A DNA stretch of 64,000 bases from Paraspadella gotoi (lineage: Eukaryota > Animalia > Chaetognatha), in contig CM119265.1 of the NCBI GenBank assembly GCA_051294375.1, positions 9,308,772 through 9,372,771 of the forward strand, read 5' to 3'. Below the pieces are notes generated by a model. The model saw nothing but the letters and a program-made list of their open reading frames with translations. It did no database searches and had not been told where the DNA came from. How positions within the stretch are numbered: position 1 is the first letter of the stretch; each line of letters opens with the position of its first letter. The translations under genes and the position numbers were made by a program. This document shows, in pieces, positions 39,960 through 52,191 of the stretch.

Positions 39960-40575
39960 CAAACCCTAATGTTTCCCTTCCTCCTCCGCGGCTCAGAGCT
40001 TTCTCGCGAATAATGTGAACCTTTTTTTTGTTATCCTCTCTCTCCGCCTTGTCCCCTCTCTCTCGGTACCTCTCCTCTTCCTCTTCTCTTCCTCTCTCAC
40101 ACACATACGCACGAGAGAGAGAGAGAGGAAAAGGTTCAGTTTTCTTCTCCCTCTCTCTCTATCGGCCACGCATTCCTCGCCGACGAAAAAAAAAAATCTT
40201 AAAAGCTGTCGAACATAGAGAGAGAGATTTCCTTTTTCTCCCCTCCAAAGATAAAAAAAAAAGCGAAAAACTTACCCCGCAACTAAAACCGCTTCGAAAC
40301 AAAACTATTTTTGAAAACCCCGACATTCGAAACTTAGGATGGAAACGGCCTGAACAGTCTTAAGTCAAAACTCGCGAATAACTAAAAACCCAGCAACTGG
40401 AATACCTTTTCTAAAAAGAAAAAAGAATTTAAGACGTCACGCAGTTTTTATTTCTCCGGCAAGTAAAAAAAAAATCTCTCAAATCGACGAAAGAGTGAGA
40501 TATAAAAAGAACGTGGAAAAGCAAAAAAAAAAACTTAACTCGCCAATAACAGCAGGAGGACGAACATAAAAAGAG

Positions 40576-40623
<48 letters not shown>

Positions 40624-41055
40624 CTTCTCTCTCTCTCCTCTCTCCTCTCCTCTCTCTCTCTCTCCTCCATCTTCGTCTCTTCTGCCTTTCGAAAAAGTCA
40701 GCCATTCGGAAAGGAAAAGGAAGAAGATTCTTTCTCAGGCTGCAGGCGAATCTTCCCACAGCCGATCTTTCTCTCGCTCTCTCTCCTCGAGAAAAAAAAA
40801 AAACGCTGCAGCCGTCTTCGGATCGTCGATCCTTTTCTCTCAAACAATTACATCCGGACTTGAACTCGATCTTTTCAGCCAAAAATTACATCCGGACTCT
40901 GGATCGATCGATCGAAAAAAAAAAAGAAAAAGTTTTTCTCTCTCGCTTCGATTCGCGGATGCAGGATTTTTTTTTCCTCTCCTTCGTGTTCTCTCTCTCT
41001 CTCGTACGCGAAGAGAGCGAGAGAGCGAGTTAACGATGGTCCATGGTCGTGGGAG
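38962..41055. promoter_or_regulatory. Cluster of Su(H)/RBPJ (CSL) motifs upstream of the NRARP-like gene
   Basis: YGTGRGAA matches on the - strand at 38962-38969 (TTCCCACG), 39542-39549 (TTCCCACA), 39635-39642 (TTCTCACA) and 40753-40760 (TTCCCACA). Near matches at 39524 and 41048. Nrarp is an established direct Notch/CSL target in vertebrates. Confidence 0.5.
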
Positions 41056-41499
41056 AAAACTTTCTCGTCGAATCTGAAAAAAAGAGAGAAAAAAAAACCC
41101 GGAGATTAGTTCTTTGTTTCGTTACGACGAAACGAAAGAAACAAACCAACGTTCGCTTATTACGTTTTTAAAGGAAAAGAAACTAAAATCTCAGTCGAAG
41201 AAAACTAACCACAACAACTACAATAAATAGGACCTGCACGCGAAGTAGACAATTACCGTCTGAGGGGAAAACAAAATGTCGGCACCTTTCTCCGACGTCG
41301 ATTCCGCGCCGGAAGTGACGTTTCCCGCCGCGCGCCGCAAAGACAACGGCGCCGAGCGACCGGAAGCTAAGCGGCGTCGCGTCGCTTCTCCCCACGCGCC
41401 CGCCACTCCCTTCTCCCCTCTCTCCCCGGCCTCCCCCTCTCCCCCGACACAACTACCCTTTGCTCCACCCCTACCCCTCTCCCGCCGCCCGACCACTCA

Positions 41500-42438
41500 A
41501 TGCTCCACCGCGCCATATCACAGGGGGACCTTCCGCTCCTCGACTCGCTGCTCCAGCGATTGGCGTCCTCTTCGTTGTCGCTCCTCCACTCTCGCGTCAA
41601 CGGGTGCGACCCTACGGATGGGCAGACCCTTTTGACGCACGCCTGCCTGTTGGGAGACGTTCGCCTCGTCAAGTCGCTCGTCCGGAGCGGCGCCGACGTC
41701 CGACGAGCGAATCGAGACGGGTGGACGCCGGCCCACATCGCCTCCTTCAAGGGCAGCCTCGACATCATGATGTACCTCCTCCGCTGCGGACGACCTCGAC
41801 CAAACTACGGCCATTTGGGGCAACTGGAGCCCGAGCGGCGCGAATCTCCGCCGCCCACGCCTCCGCCGCCTACGCGCCGCGAACTCTCGACCGCTTCTAG
41901 ACACTCGACGGCTTCGACGCCGCCCTCGTCTCCGTTTCCGGCAGATGCCAACTCGCCGACGCCGGCGTCAACCCCGCAACCACCCCGACAGTTCCGCGAC
42001 GCCGCAACGACGTCGAGGAAACGGACGTATTCGTCGTCGTCGTCGTCGTCGGCAAACGTCTCCTCCTTTGACTCTCCTCTCTCTCCCTTCTCCCCTCTCT
42101 CTCCCTCTCCCTCGCCATATTCTTCTCTTCCTCCTCCGTCTCCCTCTCTATCTCTTCCACCTTGCTCCCCTTTCTCCCCTCGACCCTCATCTCCGGCCAG
42201 TCATGACTCTTCTTCCTCTTCCTCCTCCCCCGCCGCCTCCACGCCCACCGAGAATCGGTGGCGGCGAAGGACGAACCTCGACGAAGACGCTGAGCCTTCG
42301 CAGCGACGACGGCGGACGAGCATCTCCGAGGAAGACGATTCCGTGGATTGGCCAGTACGAACATCTTCCACGACGAGACTCTCGGCGGTGGCGAACTCTC
42401 GCGACTACACGAACACGGATTCCCTCGCCGATACGTGA
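41500..42438 (+). CDS. NRARP: Notch-regulated ankyrin repeat protein-like, with long Ser/Pro-rich C-terminal extension (312 aa; true start may be 41276 via a frameshift)
   Basis: DGQTLLTHACLLGDVRLVKSLVRSGADVRRANRDGWTPAHIASFKGSLDIMMYLL closely resembles vertebrate NRARP as I recall it (EGQTALHQSVIDGNLELVKLLVKFGADIRLANRDGWSALHIAAFGGHQDIVLYLI). Intronless like NRARP. CSL motifs upstream. Confidence 0.8.
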   Translation: MLHRAISQGDLPLLDSLLQRLASSSLSLLHSRVNGCDPTDGQTLLTHACLLGDVRLVKSLVRSGADVRRANRDGWTPAHIASFKGSLDIMMYLLRCGRPRPNYGHLGQLEPERRESPPPTPPPPTRRELSTASRHSTASTPPSSPFPADANSPTPASTPQPPRQFRDAATTSRKRTYSSSSSSSANVSSFDSPLSPFSPLSPSPSPYSSLPPPSPSLSLPPCSPFSPRPSSPASHDSSSSSSSPAASTPTENRWRRRTNLDEDAEPSQRRRRTSISEEDDSVDWPVRTSSTTRLSAVANSRDYTNTDSLADT

Positions 42439-42611
42439 AAAACGTTTTGTGGAGAGAAGGGATTTGGGAAACGGTTGTGGGTTTTTGGGTTGGTGCGTTG
42501 TGACTGAGTAGGAGTGACTGCTTCACTCCGGTTTGTGTGGAAGTGAGAGTGATTGGTGTTGCACCCGGGCAACTTTGTGAGGCCGAACGACTGAAAAATT
42601 TATTTTTTTTA

Positions 42612-42649
<38 letters not shown>

Positions 42650-44356
42650 TCTCACTCTCTCTCTCGATTTCGGTCGAAAATCTGTTTTTCTCGTTTCTCA
42701 AAAGTTTTCCACTGAAAAAAAAAAATCGGTTGAAATTGAAACGAAAAAGATCGAGAGAGAGAGAAAAAGAAAATAAAAAAATAGTTTGTTGTGAGAAATT
42801 TCGGCTTAAAAATTTGCCAGCGTGTTTTTTTTTCTCTCTTTCTGTGTTCGACATCGAAAAATCGGCCAAGGTAGTGTTTGGCACCTAACTGCTAAACCCT
42901 TTTATTTTTTGTTAGCCAGTAAAATTCAAGAGTTATATAAGAAAGCCTTTTTAATATTTCCTTTTTTTTTCGGGTTGATTTCACTGCTATCCCTGCAAGA
43001 CAGTCAAAACACCTGCTTTTTTTCCGAGGCAGAGAGAGAGAGAGAGAGAGATTGAGAGAGAGTCTGCCAGCCAGCATTTGCTGAGATCGGACAAAGAGAG
43101 TGTGAGCGAAAATGGCCAAACTGCTGATTTTTCTCGTTCGGAGTTGAAACACGGAAAGGGGGAAAGAGAAATGCGGGATGTTGGAAGTTCGTTGCTCTCC
43201 TTTCTTGTGATAATTCCTTGTTGAATTTTATTTAGTTAAAAACAGTTTTTGACTTTATTGGAAAAAAAATCCCTTTTTGAATGAAACTTGGAAGTGCATT
43301 GGAACTCTGCAAGTTTCATTTGAATTGTAAAACCGACATAATGTTTACAAGGTACCTATCTACCTAATTCGGTTCCGAGTATCTTTATTTATTTATATGC
43401 GCTATGTATGAAGGAAAATATTCATTTTGCAGCCGTAATAATTATAGTTGTTTACCGTTCTTCCGAAATAATTCGGGGCTTAACTTGTTAAACGAATGAA
43501 TATGATTGATTTGAACTTTTTTTGACAAATTTATTTTGTAAGCTTGTTTCGAAAACCTAATTTGAAGCCGTATTTCTCAATTTGATAAAAGTTTAAAAAT
43601 AGTTTTGTTTTTTTTATCATAAATCTTACGAATCTGCCATTTTTTTTGTGTGTGTGAGCTTGAAATATTGAAGGCAATGAAATTAAAGTAAACCGAGAAT
43701 GAATCCTCGCATTGGTTTGTCTTAAGACTGTTTCACGATCCAATGTTCAATGCCAGACGAATTTGTCAAGAATTTTTACCTCAAAAGATACTCTGTCGTT
43801 ACTACCCTGCCATTGCTTTTGATAATTATTAATCTAATCTTGTTTTCGTTTAATAAACATTACAATTCTATACTTTTTCGGTTTTTATATGAGCGACTTT
43901 CTAAGAAACAAAAGATAGAAAGGATAGTTCGCAAAAATAGCCAAAATTTATCTCGACCAGTAATTTTGTTTCAAGTTCGATTCAATGTTAAGAAAAAGTT
44001 CAAATTCGATCCCGCTTCTCGGTACAATTAACATCATGTACCTTTGTATCCCAAGTCAAATTCATTAGGAAAAGTTGGAGCGTTTTAAATTAATTTTCGT
44101 ACAGAGAATCCTTTTATACCATTAAAAACTAGAATGTACATTTGTTTATCGATCCACGCCCTCCAAATCGATGTGACGCCATCTACCGTCTCAAACCCAA
44201 AGTTTTTCATCCATCGGTTCCGACGCCGATTTGCCATTAGCGTCTCAAGATTTCGAATTTCCTCGCGGCGCCAAAATCGACCTTTTCATTCCGATTTTGT
44301 GTTTCTCCGCAAATCGTAGCGAAAGAACTCACCCCGAGCCCAGGCGCCGTCTCTCT

Positions 44357-44436
<80 letters not shown>

Positions 44437-45153
44437 CTCTAATAATCCCTTAAAAAGCAGAAAGAAAGAACACGAAAATCGAAAAATAAAAGAAAAGAAA
44501 GAAACGAATCCATCGCCCAGCTAAAAAAAAAAAGAAGTTTCTCACGTCAATTTCTCTTTCTCCCTCCCTTTTTTCGGTCCGGAATATTCTCGAACTTTTT
44601 CACACACACAAAAATATTCACCGACACACCAAATTTAAGAAAACGGCGGAGATTTTTTTTTTTTTTTTTTTTGCTTTTAGTTTACCTTTGGCCTCGGGTT
44701 ATTATCGGGACTCCTTTCCATTTCGATCCGAATTTATTAACCGCGAAAGGGTTAGCGATAGAATTCGCGTAAATCAATCCCGCTGAACTTTGGAAACTTT
44801 CGCCCCGGCGTTTTGGGAGCGGCCGCTCGTCGGAGCCGCCGCGGTCGAGCCGGGCGGCGGGAAAAAATTAAATACTGCGTTGTTGTACTCGTTATTCTTA
44901 ACGACAAAAGAAATTAGTAATAATCTCTACTCGGTAATGGCCACTTGTTAATTGGTTATTTTCGTTTCTTTAAAAAAAAGCATTTTTTCGTCGATTACTT
45001 TACAAAACCAATTAAGCTAAGGAACGAAAGCGTGAGGGTTCAAATTGTCAATTTACCATTTAACATCTTCGACTTTGCTCGAGAAGCGAGGCCGCATCCG
45101 AAAACCCGTTAGGATTATCAGTTTAGGAAACGTGGAAAGGCGAGAGTGCCGGC

Positions 45154-45191
<38 letters not shown>

Positions 45192-45518
45192 TTATTCGGA
45201 CCTGGGACGATAACGCGGGAACTACCAGCCACGCCTTTGAGCCCCAAATCCAAAACCAATTGGACGAGGCACTGGAATGTCGGTGAAGGCGGTGACGACG
45301 ACAGGGACGGCGGTGACGGCGGCGGAGGCGGCGGTGACGGCTCTCCCTATAATTTAAATCTGCTAAATTATTAATCGGGCGATTTTTCAGTTGAAGACAA
45401 TTGACTAAGAAGGGAATCTGTCAAAACCCTCAGTCGTACCCGGGATTTCTAGTCTGAGACACTCCGATTGAACCTGGGAACCCGGGCGAATCAGACCGTT
45501 CGTTCTCTCTCTCTCTCC

Positions 45519-45580
<62 letters not shown>

Positions 45581-45699
45581 TGTCTCCGAAGAGTTGACAG
45601 AAAACCCTCGCGAGACAGAAAAGCGCGAACTTAATTTGATCGATCTTGACTTCCTTTTTCCCTTTCGGCGATTTCAGAATCTCTCTCTCTCTCTCTCCT

Positions 45700-45739
<40 letters not shown>

Positions 45740-45768
45740 AAATAAAAAACAGGTTTATGGAAACGGCC

Positions 45769-45782
45769 GTTGCCATGGAGAC
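45769..45782. promoter_or_regulatory. RFX X-box-like motif GTTGCCATGGAGAC
   Basis: One mismatch from the palindromic X-box GTTGCCATGGCAAC, with a weaker GGTTTATGGAAAC just upstream (~45752). Lies ~260 bp past the OSBP-like stop. Confidence 0.35.
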
Positions 45783-46041
45783 CTCAAGCCTTCGAGGGTG
45801 GCTTCGTGATTTATTTCGAAATTTTCCGACTCTCTCAAAAATTTTCCGCGATATTTTCAGCTCGGATTTAAACGCGAACAAAAAGAAGTAAATCCGTCTC
45901 TCCGTCCACTTCTCGGACATCTTCCAGCCACTAGATCGCACACTCGGGCCCGTCTGTCCGTCCATCTTTGCGGGCTTCGTCCGTCGGTCCGAACGTCTTC
46001 TATTTCCGGCGTCCGTTTTTCTTTTTTCAACATCGGCGTCT

Positions 46042-48836
46042 TTAAACAAACGTCGTCGCGTTTTTCTTTTTTTTCACTGCGGTGGGGGCGGCGGCGTTTT
46101 TACTCGCGGCGCCTTTGACGACAGCGGCATCCGCGGCATCCGCGGCATCCGCGGCATCCGCAGCAGCGACGGCTTTCGCGGCGTCGGTAGCGGCTTTCGC
46201 TGCGACTACGGCGTCGACGGGACCGTCCTGATCGCTGATTCCCTTCACGTCGGCGAGCACGTCGGCGACCTGATAATCGGCGTCGATGTCGGTGCATATC
46301 GTCCGTCGGGAGTTGTCGTTGTCGTCGTCGTCGTCCAAGGCTTTGGCGGCGAGGCGAGCCGCGCCCAATTTGAGATTGTGACTCTCGGAATCCTCGAGCG
46401 GGAGACCCATTTTCATCCTGAGTCTTTTGTCCAACGGATCCTTGAAGACCCATCCAGATTCGTCGTCCGGATCGGAACGGAACAGCAACGTCTTCCATTG
46501 TTCGTTGTTCTTGTCGCGTTCTTGTTTCTATCGGGAGGGTGAGGGAAAAAGTAAGTTCGGGAGGAGAATCTCAGTAAAAATGGTTCTTAGTGATTAAAAG
46601 AAACGAATTTTCGAAAATCGCAGCGCCTTTTGTTTTATTTAATGGATTTTTTTTTTTTACGTTTGACGACAGAGGGATGACAACGAATATGACGAAGGGA
46701 ATAGTCTTTTGTCTAAATATACAAATTAATTTTCGATTTGCAAAATTGATATTTTCGCCTCACCAAGAGCCTTTGCCGGTTTTCGACGAAAAGCTTGAAT
46801 TCATTGGCTTTGTCTTTCAGCTTGGCGTGGATGCACCAGGCGACTTCGCGCCAAACCTGAAGGCCCAAAAAACTCAATGTAATTGCAACCAGAATTGAGT
46901 CTTTGAAATTTGCAAAGAAGTGACCCTTGACCCCGACTTCCCTGACCTCCCGACCTTTCTTGACTCGTTTTCCTCCTGATCTTCTTGCTTTTGGCAGTGA
47001 ATGTGACACGGCGGCTTTTTATTCACGTCCAAAAAAAGCTCCTGTTTGAAATTAAAAAAAAAAAGGAAATAATTATTAATTTCCTTTACAACAATATCCA
47101 TCTCTATGATCTTACCTTTTTTCCACTAACTTTGTGAATTTTGTCGTTCCAGTAACCTTTCAAAAAATTAAAAGTATTCCTTTTAAACAATAATGACTGT
47201 TCATTAAAACGTCATACCACTCAATTGTTAGGAAAGCCTGGTACACTGGGAATTAGTCAACTAGAATACGAGAGAGTCTCGATCGAATGCTCGCGGAATG
47301 CAGCGTCCCGCTGCGTTATTATTTCGTAATAGAGAAAGCCTGTCTCAAATCACGGGCTAGATATCGTAGTTATTAGATTAAGGTCCGGGATCACTCAATT
47401 CAAATTATAATTAGGCTAAAACTGAGCTCGGATTTCGAAAGGAGAGCTCCTGACGATTCCGAAAAGTATTACTTTACTATTTTTTCAAAGGCGTCATCGT
47501 TTTTTCGATTTTTTTTGTACTATATAAAAAAAAAGAAACCTATTTGAAGAGTTGCAGCCCAAACAGTAAGGCGGTTTCATTAAATTTGGCATGAATTACC
47601 TTTAAGTCACGAACTCCAATTCTATGAAAAGATACTTTCAAAATTTGCCTTCCTTCATATATAAATTTGATTATTTTAAACAATTTTTGGGATAAATTCC
47701 TTGATATCTTTGAAACAAAAAACATTTTTTTCAAAAACGCGCTCATAGAATCTCCCCCACCTTTCCTTTCTTGCCCAAGATATTTTTTTCTTCAAGAAGA
47801 GTCCAACGGTTTGAGCTGCAACTCTTCGTTTTTAACTTCACTTCGTCAAGAAAGTTAAATTCTGTACTCATTAAACTCATTAAACATTTACATAAAGTAA
47901 AAAGTCAAATTGAAATAAATTCGATAAGTTTTTTAACTCCTAAAACTCATAAAAGTATAAAACCCGTCTGGAAAATGTGTAGTAGTTTATTTTAGACTTA
48001 TTAGTGATACAACTCCAAGTATGTACTTTTACCAAAGGAGGAATTAAATATAAGAAGTAGAAATTGAGCTTACTGTAAAGAATCAGGTTGTAGTTAAAAA
48101 TTTAGTTGTAGAAATTTAACTTACACATAAAAAATTATTTTTCTCTTGAAAATCTAGTTTTACCGAAGAAAAAATTATGTTTAAATTTTTATGAACATTT
48201 TATTTAGATTTTTAAAAGTTTTCGATTATTTTTCAATAGAAAACCTCTTACAAGATATGAAGAAATGATTAAGATACAGTAAATAAGATTTCTATGATTT
48301 TAGATTGAGTGATCCCTGGCCTTAACGAATCATTTTTGTATCGCTTGCACCAATTTCATATTCCGATAAAAACAAAATTTTCGTTCCCCCAGAGGGCCAC
48401 CCCAGTTAATTATACCCCCCCACCTCTCATTCCCACTCTCCCCCCCACGCTCTCCCTCCCCCCCCCTCCCCTCATTCCCACTCCCCTCCGCCCAACCTTC
48501 GAACTTGGTCTCCGAATTGTCGGGTCCTGTCACCTTCGCCTCGATCCTCGCTTTGTCGCCGCCGAAAAAAGGTTTAGTGAAAAACTCTATCTCGGTCGAG
48601 AATCCAGTCTGAGGACAGAAGATGTGGGACTTGCCGCCCGCCTCCACCCATGGAGTAGTCAGGATGGATCTGACGAAATCATTTGATTGATTGATTGAAT
48701 TTATTGATTGGATGACTGATTGATTGATTGATATAAATTTATTTATTGTCGATTGATGGATTGAATGATTGGCGCGCTCATAAATGGATCAATGATTGAT
48801 TGATTGTTTGATTATGGGCGCGTTGATAAATGAATC

Positions 48837-48870
<34 letters not shown>

Positions 48871-51149
48871 TGATTTATTGATTGATTGAATTGATTAACG
48901 AAAAGATTGATATTAATTGATTTATTGCTGATTGTTTGATTTATTGTATGATTGGCGCGTTCATAAATGGATCAATGATTGATTGATTGATTGTTTGATT
49001 GGCTGACCGATTGATAGATCGTTTCATCCAAACGTTGACTGATAGATACATTCATGACGAATTCAGCCTTTAAAATGTTATAATTTCTTTACTATTAAAA
49101 TTATTTTACAAACCCACCTCCCGAAACCGTTGGGAAACTTTATGATGTAATTCTCCTTCCATTGGATGAGATGAATGTTGAGAAGACCTTTGTTCTTCAC
49201 CTGATCGTAGTTTTAGAATTATCTACATCGCCGTTTGTATTTTGTTTAATTAATTACAAATCGGTGACACACCTTGATGTAAAGACCGCGAAACTTCGCC
49301 TCCGCTTCCAGGTAGCCCGTCGCCTCAATCAGAGCCTTGGGACACTCCACGTAAAATGCAGAAACTGCGATTGATTGACGAATTTGATTTATTCATTGAT
49401 TGATTCCATTGATAAATTCATTACTTGATTAATAAATTTATTACTTCTTTGATTGATTGATTGATTGTTTGATTTCTTTATTGATTTAATTTATAGATTT
49501 ATTGATTGATTGATAGAATCAAAATTTAAACGACCGCCTCCCTTCATATTCGTCTCGCCTGGAGGATGATGCGAAACCTGTTCTCCGTAAAACAAGGAAT
49601 TGTTGACCGACGCCCAGGGCCACTGAGAATCCTCGGATCGAGGGGCGCTCTCATCTGAGATTTAAAAAAAAAACCTGGCTAGTAGACAGGTTTAATCTCA
49701 CACTGCGGTATTTAGGAATTGTAAAGTATTGTAATCAAATTAATCATGTAATTTAACATCCCCAGAAAGACCCTGACCCGGATCTATGATGAACTCCGCC
49801 TCGAAGGTCTCCCCCAAGATCGAGTTGAAAGGCTTCTTCGCGATCTTGGCCAACTTGTGGAAATGAGCGTTGAAGCCGACCATGAAGTAGCGGAAGCACT
49901 GGAGCATCCGGGCCTCGGGGGTCGTTTGCGTCGTTATTCTAAAGAGGGCGAGGTGGAGGAAAATTAAAAGCTTATCAGTTTTCAGTTATCAGTTATCATT
50001 ATTACTACCCAAAAAACATAAAATCGTCGTTTAATTCGACACTTTGTCCAAACTCAAATGATCTAAAGTTATAATGAAATTGTACAACCAATATAAAAAT
50101 TATCCTTTCATTTAATAATTAGGCAATCTTGCCCCTGACTTTGGACAGACTTTGTTGGTTTAAAGCCTCCATCACAGATAATGACATAACAGTTTCCTAA
50201 AAGCTTTCAATCAAGACTCTCTCACAGTCTCTTTTATTCACTCCCAGAGTACCTGGCTTCCCTATCAATGAAGTGGAATAATATTTCAAAGAATGTTTCA
50301 ATTATATGAAATTTGACAATTTGCGTTAGAGTTTAATCATGGCGGCATGGTGTTCATTAAAATGCCTCGCCGTAATCGACATTGTTTAGTGATTTAGTGA
50401 TTTTGACCATTTATGTTGTTCTTAGTCATTTTAGTATTGTTTAACTGCCGCGATTAGTATGTAACGGATAGTAACGCTTTTCTAGTTTCTGATTTGTTAT
50501 TTGTAACACTACTGCTCCACCCGACTTGACAAAGTCTTTGGAGTTGACAAAAAAGTCGCTGTAGGCTTCGAGAATCGATCTCTTTTGAAGAAAATAAGAT
50601 GGCAACGGGATCCTTGGGAGAAAATTGGAGAATTGATTATGTATTGTATTGTATATAATATGTATTGAATGGTGCATATTTAATTTCTTTACTTTAAACT
50701 ATGATAAAAAACTTATAGTTATAGACTGACTTGGACAAATCCATTCCGGGTTTCAGATTTGTGATGACGCAAGCTATCATTGATCGCCCGGGTGGCTCTG
50801 TGGAGAAAGAAGGAGAGGAATAGGAATATAATACGAAAAAGAATAGGGGATACGGGATAAGGGATTAGGGATTAGGGAAAGGGAGAGAAAAGAAGAAAAA
50901 GAGAATGAGATAGAGTGAGTGAGAGACCGATGCCAAATCTCGATGACATTCTTTTTTCGTCTTCCCACTTTGATTTCCTAATATTTCTCTCCTTATCTTT
51001 TTTCTCTCCATTTTTCCCTCATTTCCCTCGCCCCCCCCCCCCTCATAACAAGACTGACCGTCCTCTTCCTGCGGATCCAAGGCATCGAAGAAGGCGTCCC
51101 AGTCTTCGTCGGTCGTCGGCATCCCCGGTGGCGGCGCCGGCTTCAGCAT
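46042..51149 (-). CDS. OSBPL9: Oxysterol-binding protein-related protein, ORP9-like (FFAT + ORD, ~518 aa, 12 exons)
   Basis: Phase-consistent exons on the - strand: 51149-51059, 50797-50731, 50612-50526, 49938-49778, 49654-49559, 49364-49273, 49200-49118, 48669-48497, 47156-47116, 47041-46955, 46856-46764, 46527-46042 (total 1557 nt). Motifs: DWDAFFDALD (FFAT-like), LKPGMDLSKIPLPSYFLQKRSILEAYSDFF, KKPFNSILGETF, the OSBP signature EQVSHHPPVSAFY, FPNGFGRSILTTPW, TKPFFGG. In-frame upstream ATGs up to 51308 are alternative starts. Family is secure; ORP9 versus ORP10/11 is by recollection. Confidence 0.9.
48680..49030. repeat. Intronic (GATT)n degenerate microsatellite (also ~49370-49515)
   Basis: ATTGATTGATTG runs interspersed with repeated GGCGCG(C/T)TCATAAATGGATCAATG units in OSBP-like introns. 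Confidence 0.85.
50070..50312 (-). repeat. Interspersed repeat family A, copy 2 (OSBP-like intron)
   Basis: CACTCCCAGAGTACCTGGCTTCCCTATCAATGAAGTGG (~50239-50276) is the exact reverse complement of ~59678-59715. Its left part matches 17385-17510. Confidence 0.8.
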
Positions 51150-51917
51150 CGTCGGCGACACTGGAGCGGATGAACGGAAGGAGTTGTCTGTTTCGAATTC
51201 GAAACGACATCTCTGACGTAAACAACAACGACGAGACCCAATGGGGGCGGCCATTTTGAACGATGATGACTCACCGACCGTCGACTTTTTCGTGTATCTT
51301 TGAGTCATGGCGACGGCTTGGGTGAGGGGGGGGGTTAAAGACTAAAAAAAAAAAATTAAAAAAAAAGAAAATTTTTTTAAACAAAATTTTTTAAAAAATC
51401 GTCGAATGAGGGTATGGACCTGGAGATACGACGCGTTTTTATTACCAAAAAACAAAACATTTTAGATTTTTACTATCGGACTCACGTTCTTGTTAAAGAA
51501 CTCTTTTTACTGGTAAAAAAAATGATTAGATAATATTAGATTGACGTTTCGCAAGTAACTTACGACAAAGTTGCGGTAAATTTCGACAATCTCTCTTCGC
51601 TTCGCCGAATCAAAACCTGATCAGTGGAAACGTTAACGTCGTCTATTTCGTCGTCGTCTTTGTCATCGTCGTTGTCAACGTAACAGACCCAACAAATTTC
51701 GGCGAAAGCGACTGTGACTATTGTCTATCGATCGATTCGATTCGATCGGCGAATCAATCGACGATTTATCCTCCTCGTCGTTGTTGTTGTCGTCGTCTTC
51801 AAATCAACGGCGAAAAACCAGAAAAAAAGCGACTAAACGTTTGCGTCTCACAAGTTTCGCCTCAGATCAGAATATTCGATGGCAGCGGAGAGGTTTTTGA
51901 TCGATGGAGAGAGAGAG

Positions 51918-51988
<71 letters not shown>

Positions 51989-52098
51989 ACTCAATCGTCT
52001 CGGTCAACCGATTCTTCACGCGAGATTCACAAGACCGTGACGCGGCGACTTTGGCATTCTGATAAACTCTCCGTCTCTGTCCCTATCTCACTATCTCA

Positions 52099-52191
<93 letters not shown>

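Noticed and set aside
41367-42655. Antisense and alternative-frame ORFs over the NRARP-like gene (likewise over myosin exon 1, 58696-59453)
   Set aside because: Shadow ORFs of GC-rich coding sequence.
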